Shown here in pieces: positions 53,483 through 64,000 of a stretch of DNA of 64,000 bases (position 1 is the stretch's first letter; each line of letters starts with the position of its first letter). The stretch is from Octopus sinensis. Its lineage: Eukaryota. The position numbers and the translations under genes were made by a program. Under the pieces are notes generated by a model. It was not told where the DNA came from, ran no database searches, and saw only the letters and a program-made list of their open reading frames with translations. The stretch spans positions 81,282,001-81,346,000 of the forward strand of contig NC_043005.1 of NCBI RefSeq assembly GCF_006345805.1, written 5' to 3'.

Positions 53483-53513
<31 letters not shown>

Positions 53514-53604
53514 GCATAAGTCGATATATGTATATATATATATATATCTATATATGCATAAGTCGATATATGTATATATATATATATATATATGCATAAG
53601 TCGA

Positions 53605-53651
<47 letters not shown>

Positions 53652-53754
53652 TGCATAAGTCGATATATGTGTGTATATATATATAATATATATATGCATA
53701 AGTCGATATATGTGTATATATATTAATATATATATGTATAGTCGATACATGTGA

Positions 53755-53785
<31 letters not shown>

Positions 53786-53860
53786 ATATATATATGCAAA
53801 AGTCGATTATATATATATATATATATATAATATGTATATGCATAAGTCGATATATGTATA
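52820..53860. repeat. Minisatellite: ~30 copies of GCATAAGTCGATAT separated by variable (TA)n
   Basis: Directly visible; unit mostly ~26-42 bp, modal 30 bp. Confidence 0.95.
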
Positions 53861-54187
53861 TATGTATGTATGTATATATATATATATATTTATTCTTATA
53901 TATTTACTCATATAAATACGTATATATGTATATATACTACTCAAGATAAAAACGAAATTTTTTTTATTTTTGGAATTCAGTGTAAATATGAATTCTTTGT
54001 CTGATCAGTTTTAAAAAGTATCACGAATTCTTTTTTAATGAAAAATACCTTTTACAAAGTAATGGAAGCAAATGCGGCAAAAAATCACGTGAACATAAAT
54101 AAATGTATATATATAGTGTATATATATAGATATATATATATATATATATTATATATTATAATTATATATATATATATGTATATATAC

Positions 54188-54282
54188 AAGGAGAGTTCAC
54201 AAAAAAACAAAAGACTAGGACAGGTAGTGTAGACAACAAACAGATGTATTAGTATAACACTCGGGAAGTGAAAAAGACTTTA
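54188..54282 (-). mobile_element. Fragment of the hammerhead-bearing repeat family (3' part)
   Basis: AAAACAAAAGAC..GACAGGT.GTGTAGACAACAAACAGATGTATTAGT..CTCGGGAAGTGAAAAAGACTTTA. Confidence 0.65.
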
Positions 54283-54505
54283 TATATATATACATATTCT
54301 GTTCCACTCCTGTGTTATCCGAATATTCAGGGATTATTCCGATGGAAATACGCTACACGAACTAGATTAAGGAAAATATTTACGTAGTTCCAATAAAAAT
54401 GATTTATTCGACTATAAAGGAGTTTATTATTTATTTCTTTGGATTTAGGTGTTATTTGTTGCTCTCGTGAGCAACCTTTCACCTATGTATATATATGTAT
54501 ATATC

Positions 54506-54543
<38 letters not shown>

Positions 54544-54699
54544 TTGATAGATAGATTGTATGTATTTATGTATGCATGTCTGTATATACATATTTATATT
54601 TAACTATATACGCATGTATATGTTTATACATATAAACATATGTATAGTTACAAACATATAATAAATGTAATTATATGGATATATATAAATAAATATATA

Positions 54700-54970
54700 T
54701 ATACATGTGTATATATACATATAGAATAAATAAATATATATATATATATATATATAATATATATATATATACATATATATATAAATGTATATATATATAA
54801 ACATATATATAATGTATATATATATACATATACATATAAATGTATATATACATATATATATAAATGTATATATATACATATACAAATATAAATGTATATA
54901 ATATACATATACAAATATAAATGTATATATATATTATAAATATATATATATACATATATATATATAAATG

Positions 54971-55002
<32 letters not shown>

Positions 55003-55600
55003 AATGTATATGCCTACTTATATATAAAGGTATATATATACATACAAATATAAATGTATATGCATACATATATATATAAATGTATATATACACATACAAA
55101 TATAAATGTATATATATACATATATATATATAAATGTATATACATACATATAATATATATAAATGTATATATATACACATACAAATATAAATGTATATAT
55201 ATACACATACAAATATAAATGTATATATATACATATATATATATAAATGTATATACATACATATATATATATATAAATGTATATACATACATATATATAT
55301 AAATGTATATACATACATATATATATATAAATGTATACACATACATATATATATATAAATGTATACACATACATATATATATATAAATGTATATACATAC
55401 ATATATATATATATATAAATGTATATACATACATATATATATAAATGTATATATATACATATACAAATATAAATATACATATATAAATGTATATACATAT
55501 ACAAATATATATGTATATATATATATATATCAATGTATATATAAGCATATATATAAACGAATACGTATATATACATATATATATATATAATATATATATT
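54700..55600. repeat. TA-based minisatellite (ATAAATGTATATACATAC core)
   Basis: Directly visible. Confidence 0.9.
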
Positions 55601-57096
55601 CATTTCTGTGATCATCACCATGATAATTATAACTGTAATAATAAAAATCTTTATTTTTACTATTATTATTATTATTAATATTATTAGTATTTTTTCATCG
55701 TGCTTTTTATAATATTGATCTTGTATTTATGTTTTTATTATCTTTATTAGTATCATTAACGTATGTAATTTTTGTAGCCATCTTAAGATATTTCGTTTTA
55801 AATTAATTTTTTTCTTCGTCGACCACAATCGTGTGTCTGTGATTTTGCGTACAGCCAAATGCATTGACATCATGCAAATAATTACATTTATAACGATATT
55901 TTATCATCTTTTTTTAATCTTATCATTATATTAACAGCGGTTTTATGTGAGGTCCTCCTGCACCCACAAACCCCATTTCCCATTTTCTGAGAAAAGTGCA
56001 GCATTGTCAATCAGGAATGTAGTATTCATGTTGTTTACTTTATAAGTATTATTTCCTGTTATTTATCTTTTATAATGTATATATTAAGTGTTATATGCTG
56101 TGCACAGTGCAGGAACAATATAATTTGTTTTGTTCATTTGGACAGTATCTGCGTGTCCGCTATTCTGTGCAATGGTTAGTGTCATGTTTTCTTCGTAGGA
56201 TCGGCTCCTGACTTTTTTTAATATATTTTAGTGAATGGTATATGAACTATAAAATATAAGAGTATTATGTGCAATAATCATTATAGCTTTGTTTATCAAG
56301 TATAGCAGAGTACAGCGTGTAGAATATGTTGCGCTATTTCGTTTCGTAAAGGTAACTTAGAATATATTGTATATGTTGTCTTCAATTATAGTATATTGTA
56401 TCTGTACTGTGTGTTGTGTTTTGATTATGCACATGAACTGCAAGTGTTTTCCTGAAGTACGGGCTGTGCTTAGGAGGTGCAAATCTTGGAGTGAGCGTAA
56501 CGTTGTGAGCCCTGATAGTTTCATTCATAGTACACCAATTATTTTTTTGCCGTTTACATTTTCATATTCTTTAGAATTTTTTTCTTTTACTCATTTTGAT
56601 TTTTATTATCATATTATTGTTATCGTCATCCTCATCATCATTATTATCCTTACCATTATCATCATCATCTTCCTCGTAATAAATTATTGACATTATCGTC
56701 ATCAACCTTAATATCGTCATAATTCTGATTTACTAAACATTTTAAAACCAAGCAAATTGACTCTGATAGCCATATATATATCTCTCCCTTTTCTGGACTG
56801 GAATAGGGCAACGACACAAAATCTGTTATAGGTTTTGAACCCATTATTTTATGTTTAGACATCAGAGATATTATCATACTTTATGTAACAAGACATGCGA
56901 CTGCAATAATCTTGTCATCCGCTTAATTCATCTGTACACTCTAAATACAGATTCATTCTTGATATATATCTCATCTTTTTGTTATCAATACATCATATCA
57001 TTTACTACTGCAGTATTAGTATTTTCTTATGGATGCAATTTCATGTGTATCTGTTTGATTTGTTATAATATATAGTATGCGTAACTACATACATAC

Positions 57097-57143
<47 letters not shown>

Positions 57144-58598
57144 GTATATGTGTATGCGTGTAGATATATCCACACATATACGCATATGTGGAGATATATA
57201 TATACACATATATGTTGATCTCTTAATATAGGTATATATATATGTATATACATATATGTATATGTGTGTGAATATATATACACACACATATATATATCCA
57301 TATATGTATGTATATATATATATATGATTACATATATATGTATATAACGGTACATTGGATGTGGGTGAAGGTATGTTTTTCTGTATATGTGCATGAATGT
57401 GTGGCGTTCACACTTCCATGCTATAATATTTTGTTTTATTACATTCCTGTCCGATTTGGGTTTTGTTTTGTTGTACTGTTTTATGGCCATCGTATAATTT
57501 CAGCAAAAGAAAACCTGAAGTAACAATGGAGACTTTTAACCATTTCAAAACATTGAGCCTATCATATTTTTCATGGTGTTTGTGACCAGAAATTTAAGTG
57601 TTTTTTTTTTTACCAAATTACAATCATTGATATTTCAGTGAGTAATTCCATATAATAACTTCGTTGGTATACAACAAAAAAATATGTATGATATTGTAAC
57701 ATGCATATTGGGCTTAGTATGCAGTTACTATCATCCTGAATCTCGTTCTATTTAGTGATTCCAAAAAAAGCCAGTCCTGACGTCTCAAATTGAAAAACCT
57801 TTGTACTTGCATACATTTAGATCAAAAATTTTAAAAAGTTGCTTCTTATACACGAAAGATTAAAAAAAAGCACGTAGTATTTATTGTCATCTGAGGGCAT
57901 ATGGACAGTTTCATTTATAATAATATGGCAAAGTTTAAATTTTAATATAATATAGTTCTTTTTTTCATGAATTTAAGACTTCATGTCTTCAAAGCGAGTT
58001 ATATTTGTATTTTGATTGTTCTTACAATTTAAAGAAATATCATTTGTTTACAGATGTTGATAACTTCGTATAGGTTGGTAACTGAAGTTAATAGTTAAAG
58101 AATGCATTACAATTAAATGAATAAATAATGGATTATAATAAATAATTATGTAGTATATTTTATTACATTTCAATGAAAAAATAACTATTAGTTGCAATTT
58201 TTATGTTATATAATTATATAAACATATACAATTCAAATACTGGAAGCAAGCAAACGCATAAGAACGAAAATAACAACGTAGTTACATTCTAGAGCTATGA
58301 CTTTTTAACACAAAAGTTTTGTTGATAATATATGCACGTGCATATCCACACTGATACACACGCACATATACATATATGGTTAATATACAGATAAACATTA
58401 ATGCATATGTGCTTAATTAATGTGTGTGTATATATATGTGAGTGTGTATGTGGGTGTGTGTGTCTGTGTGTACGTACTTATATCCGTTTATTAAAACGTC
58501 CAAATAAAACATATGATCGTTCTTTTAAATACGTTAATATGCTACATTAACACTTTAGATGGAAATATATATAAACTGTGTGGCTCAGCTGAAATATA

Positions 58599-58630
<32 letters not shown>

Positions 58631-59471
58631 TGAATTAGAATTAGAAAGCATAATAATAATAACAATAATTGAAAGCCCATATTGATTCATTTTACGTAAT
58701 TGCATTTCAAATTGTCAAATACCAAATGTAATATTTCTAACGAACATTTAAAACCCATTTTCTTCTTTGTATTTTATTTTTCCTCTCTCACCTCTTTTTT
58801 TTCTCTTTCTTTTAGCATATTTCTCGCTGACTTCAAACTATATTATTTTCTTTCGAGTTTCACCAACTTTTGCTCTTTCGTTATTCTCGTCGCTATTTTC
58901 CATCAAATATTAAATGGAAATTAAATAATATTCAGTTTTATCAACATAGGCGATTTGATTTCTTGGGGCAGTGGCATATATTTGATATGATGAGATTTAC
59001 CTAAATATTAATGGCATTTATTCAATCGCACCCGAAACATCTAAGACAGATTCCGAAACCAAGCAATATTTTGAACTCTTGTACAAAAAAGGAATAAGCT
59101 TGGGATACAGTTATATGCTCTTTCATCCGTGCAACACATTACCAAGAAAGGAAAGAAAATATGACCAAAGAGGTGCACGTAACATTGTTCTTCTTTACGC
59201 CTTCACTTCCACAATGCTTATTTTTTATATTTATTTTTTTTATATATATAGCTCAAATTGTTAAACGTGATATAAACTGAATTATTATTTCTATAACAAT
59301 AAAATCATTAGAAAGCATAGTTAAAGCTATATAAACATTACATTGAAGCAAGTTACTATTATATATAATATTCATTGTAGTGCTATGTTCGTGTTTTTTA
59401 TTCTTTTGATTTGCAATACGTTTTCTTTTATATCAAATGTTTCGAATGCTTGTCCGTCATCTTATATATAC

Positions 59472-59513
<42 letters not shown>

Positions 59514-59699
59514 GTATATCTCAGAGTGTATATGTTTCTGTTTTGTATATATGTATATACATATATATATACATATATATATATATGCATATATGAATAT
59601 ATATATGTATATATGTATGTGTATATATATGTACATAAATGCATATATATATATATATACATATATAGATATATATACGTATATATATATATATGTGTG

Positions 59700-59731
<32 letters not shown>

Positions 59732-60025
59732 TATATATATATATATATGCGTATATACAAATTTAACAACTAAATTGCGATTAGCATGGTACAAAACACA
59801 AAATGTAAACATAAAATACATCAAATCAAGTCTTTGCATTCTGTTAGTAGTGTTTCTTAAAAATTAACATTTATAAAATGAATTTGATTACTATTCTGTT
59901 TATTGGGGAAATAATGGGGATAGAATAGTTTTAACACAACTCATTTCGATGCCGTGTCTCCTCTCACTGCCTCTGCCTCTCGTCTTGCTGGTGTCAATAA
60001 CTGTCTTAAATACATACATATGTTC

Positions 60026-60056
<31 letters not shown>

Positions 60057-60339
60057 ATGTATATATATACAAACATAAGCATATTTATGTATACTTACAC
60101 AGATACATATTTTTATGTACGTGTGTATATATATATATATATGCGTATATATATGTATGTATGTATATATGCTTAGACGCATACATATTGTATGATTTAT
60201 CGTTAAAAGAATTGAATTTGAGACGAAATTGTAAGCTTGCACATTATATGAGAACAAATCTTGCGTTGATTTGTCGTTGGTGTTCTTGTTTATTTCTTTT
60301 TTTCTGTCTTCAGGTACTGGCCATATTTTTCTGAAGTTT

Positions 60340-60531
60340 ATTGATAACAGTATTAGTTTCTGATGTCGGATATATATATGTATATATATGCATATGCCTG
60401 TTCCTTTATACAGGTGACATATCTTGTAGAACTCCAGCTGCTTGATCTCTGGAGTCTGAGGCTCTTGGTCATTTTTCATGGCTGGGTGTCCCTATCAATA
60501 CTTGTTGTTGATGTTCATTAAGAGTCCTTCC
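60340..60531 (-). other. Candidate spliced exon (possibly terminal or non-coding)
   Basis: Acceptor-like TATTATTTTAACAG|GAAGG followed by ~130 nt of higher-GC, non-repetitive sequence; frames close quickly (RTLNEHQQQVLIGTPSHEK* or EGLLMNINNKY*); AATAAA downstream; no recognisable homology. Confidence 0.25.
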
Positions 60532-61061
60532 TGTTAAAATAATACAAAAACAGATAAATCTATCATGAATACAGTTAAATATATAACATATAAACAAAAT
60601 TAATTTACACAACAAAAAAGAGAGGAATAAAAAGACAAACCAATAATATAAGAAACATGGAATATTATAAAGTAAACAAGGAATAAACTATGGAGAATTA
60701 CTCAAATGATTTCTTCGTTAATTATTGAATGAAAGCATGGAGTCTTGGTGGCGCTTACAACACACCAAATTACAGATATCTCAAAGTAAATATATGATAA
60801 CATTGTATGGATACTAATAAAATATTAACCATATGGAATGAAGATTAACTAATTGTTATTGACACTTTAACTCTTAATATACGCAAAAGATATTAATATA
60901 CATTTCCATCAGATTTAGATATAAAGTGTAAGTTATATTCGATATCATTGTGCAGTTTACTATATATGAATATATATAATATATATGTATATACATACAT
61001 AAATATATATATAGGTATATATATTTATGTATATAATGTATGTATGTGTGTATGTTTATAT

Positions 61062-61420
61062 ATATATAAAGTTCAGCAACATTTAGATTCAAATGAATAT
61101 GGTACTTAAGTCAGGTGCACCAGAATTTTGTATGGTGTTATCCATATAAATCCATGGTGTGATTATAATCAAAATAAGCAACAAGAATATATTCGGTAAT
61201 TCGGTACGATCGTTTCACGCTACATCATTTTATTAAATATTGTAAGTATTACAACAATTTAAAAATGTTGAGCAATCACCAGGCATTCATAGAGGTTTTC
61301 CATTAATGCATAATTTTCATATTAGTTGATACCATTATAGAGAAGGTAGATATATAGACAAAGATGTCGATTTGAATTTTCAGAACATTAAGTAGAGTTT
61401 ATCTTATGTCTGAAGAATAT
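61062..61420 (-). mobile_element. Second copy of the 18470-18900 Penelope-type terminal repeat (hammerhead-like motif 61202-61284)
   Basis: AAGTTCAG.AA.ATTTAGATTCA.ATGAATATGGTACTTAA...GATTATAATCAAAATAAGCAACAAG is shared with the first copy. Confidence 0.8.
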
Positions 61421-61456
<36 letters not shown>

Positions 61457-61871
61457 TACAGCATGGCACGGTAAAAATAGTTCAGTGAGTTAAAGCGAGG
61501 CACAATTTATGGTGTAACAGCTCTTTCATGTTTCAAAAAATAAAACAAATTAGATTTAATGCTTCTTTTAGATGTCTGAATTTGCTTTCCTAATCTATTA
61601 CTCTATAATTTGTATAGCATGAACAATCGCCAGAAACGAAATGAGTAAACAAAATGACTTCTTTGTTATAATCGATGGAAGCAGTATAAGCACAACATAG
61701 GAATCTATATACCATAGCAAAAGCAAATACATGACCAAAATGCCTGGTAGCTGCGGTGTTCAACTAGTACACCGCTCTTCAACCATTTCCTGTTCATGGA
61801 TCCCCTTTCATTTTTATATTACCCAAATAAACTTCCATATTTATTCGGTGTTGAAAAAAATGCATTAAAAA

Positions 61872-62200
61872 TAGAGAAGTTTCCCCTTCGGTCATGAATG
61901 ACAGTGGAAATGCACCCAAAAAGTTCCACCTCCTAGGCACAAGTCCAGGCAAGGTTGCTCATAGAAGACCAGCAGTTGCGCATGTATACCAGCCACCCAA
62001 CCTCTCCACGCAAAGTGGGAGGCAACTACCGATACAGCTTGGCACCAGTCACTTCTCAATTCATTTCTACAGCTGAATGAACTGGAGCAACGTGAAATAA
62101 AGTGTCTTGCTCACGAAAATATAAACATCATGTCCAGGAATCGAACTCACAACCTCATCATTGTGAGCTCGACGTCCTAGCCACTGCGCCACGCGCCTTC
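61872..62200 (-). mobile_element. tRNA-derived SINE (CORE-like body C, tail T4)
   Basis: Reverse-complement head GAAGGCGCGTGGCGCAGTGGCTAGG..GAGTTCGATTCC; homologous to 13766-14112. Confidence 0.88.
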
Positions 62201-62989
62201 GCATTATATTTTTATAACTAATATAATTAGGAATTTTATAAAGAAAACTTTTGAAATATTTTGTGCATCATAGAAGCATAACGAATTTCTTGCCCATCCG
62301 TTTGAATAACAAATTCTTACAGGGACCACCAAGGGCCATATGGACCCTAGTTGAGTAACACTGATCTAGAGGAAGCATTTCGTACGGATGTGTAACAATT
62401 AAAATATTGAAGCATATCAGTATCAGCCGAACTGTTTCTCATGTCCGTAGTAAAATTTCTAAACATATATTGCTGCTTTGTGAGCGTCACGTGCTCAACA
62501 CTTAAACACTTTTCGACTGCTTCTGATACATTTCTGAAACCATGCGTGCATACAAGAGACTTGCTCGAAACGATAGCGCTGTCTAGCAGACTTTCAATAA
62601 TATATTCGATTTAAACATGTTATATAGAATGTTAAGAATGATAGTTATTAAGAATTTTTAAAAAGTCAAATGTTACAAGCATTAATTACATAGTATGAAA
62701 TATATTATTAATGTAATTACTACTACTACTGCTACTACTACAGAGATGATGCATTTGAGTTATTCCTTCCTCAGATACTAGATTTTATCTACATTGACTT
62801 TGAGGTCAGATGCCTTCAGTAATTTTAAGGAAATTGTGAAAACGTGGCAGCATTTCCTTGTAAGGCCACCATGATTTTTTTTTTTGCAAATTCTTGGCTT
62901 TAGATATTAAAACATCCGTTAACCTGATGTTGAATATTGAAAGACTCACTCCCATTTACATTAGTTTGTATTCATTACGTTAAGATTAT

Positions 62990-63357
62990 CCTTTTCTACT
63001 CTAGGCACAGGGACCGAAATTTGGGGGGAGGTGGACAGTCGACTAGGTCGACCCCAGTACGCTACCGGTACTTAATTTATCGACCCCAAAATAATGAAAG
63101 GCAAAGTCATCCTCGGCGGAAGCAAAACAATTACTGGTCCTTTCTATTATAGGCACAAGGCCTGAAATTTAGAGGGAAGGGGCCAGTCGGTTACATCGAC
63201 ACCACCAGTACACAACTGGTACTTATACTATCGACCCTGAAACGATGAAAGGCAAGGACGATCTCAACAGAATTTGAACTCAGAACGTAGAAGCAGACGA
63301 AATACTGCTAAGAATTTCGACCGGTGCGCTAAATATTTTTCTGCTAGCTCGCTGCCT
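62990..63357 (-). mobile_element. Two tandem family-M SINE copies
   Basis: Two GGCACA.GG..CGAAATT..GTCG..TCGAC..CAGT..GGTACTT..ATCGACCC..GAAAGGCAA units; the second reaches the head (GCTCGCTGCC). Confidence 0.8.
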
Positions 63358-63394
63358 TATTACGTTATATATATATATAAAACAGATATAACAG

Positions 63395-63590
63395 CTAGAG
63401 CTCCACGGGTCTCCGGCGGGATGTGCGGCCGATCCCTGCTGTACTCTTTCGCCACAACTTTCTCTCTTTCTTCTGTTTGCCTGCTCGCTTAGCCAGCGGG
63501 GTGGCGCCATTTAAAGGCTAAAACAATGCGAAGCGCACTGTGACCAATGATGTGTAGCAACATCTGATAGCCTGTTCGGTCACGGTGATA
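63395..63590 (+). mobile_element. 5'-truncated SINE (body B, tail T3)
   Basis: GCTCCACG..CTCCGGC..CTGCTGTACTCTTTCGCCACAACTTTCTCTC (body B), then a third distinct tail ending TCGGTCACGGTGATATA. Confidence 0.75.
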
Positions 63591-63930
63591 TATAATATAT
63601 ATATATATACGTGTGTGTGTGTGTGTGTGTATAATATGAAAGGTTTACTTTACTTCAGATCTAAATGGTGGGTTAATGCAATGGCAATTCCAACGTTAGG
63701 TTCCAAGATCGCAACTACAGTTAAATCTAGGGATCCGTGTTACGGTTCCCTTATAATATGTATATATGATATTACAGGAAAAAACAAAAGCAAGGCTTTA
63801 AACGAGTATCTCAAGTCATTCAGAATAAATTTAATATGGGTAGGTGAATTTCAAGTCTTACAGCCGTTTCTAGGATAACCTAGATAACATATACATACAT
63901 ACACATATATAAATGTATATATATACATAT

Positions 63931-64000
63931 TCTTTTACTTGTTTCAGTCATTTGACTGCGGCCATGTTGGAGCACCGCCTTTAATCGAGCAACTCGACCC
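63931..64000 (-). mobile_element. Family-A SINE tail, running off the window end
   Basis: TTACTTGTTTCAGTCATTTGACTGCGGCCATGTTGGAGCACCGCC. Confidence 0.9.

Noticed and set aside
52820-53860. CRISPR-like repeat-spacer pattern
   Set aside because: Spacers are only (TA)n, the repeat is 14 bp, the context is eukaryotic and there are no cas genes.
52682-55621. Long ORFs (up to 324 aa) rich in Y/I/H/M/C
   Set aside because: These are translations of (TA)n-based micro/minisatellites, which lack stops by composition. The same applies to the many YIYI ORFs across the window.

Overview
AT-rich, microsatellite-dense eukaryotic DNA with no intact protein-coding gene that I can support. The repeat content (several tRNA-derived SINE families, decayed Penelope-like, mariner/Tc1, R4/Dong-like, RTE and CR1/L2-type fragments, Helitrons, MITEs, long (TA)n arrays) resembles octopus intronic/intergenic DNA. 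The species is inferred from recalled repeat families, not tested. Most ORFs in the supplied track are microsatellite or repeat artefacts, and there is a 100-N assembly gap at 36966-37065. Three things stand out. (1) About a dozen minimal type I hammerhead-ribozyme-like motifs sit in Penelope-type terminal repeats. They include one fully canonical copy, a recurrent CUG-U-N-GA (A6U) core variant with covarying stem II, forms with long or branched stem II, and one copy that is micro-inverted. (2) SINEs with shuffled head/body/tail modules. (3) A LINE 3' end that shares its terminal stem-loop with the dominant SINE. All alignments, translations and folds were done by eye, and coordinates are approximate to a few bases.
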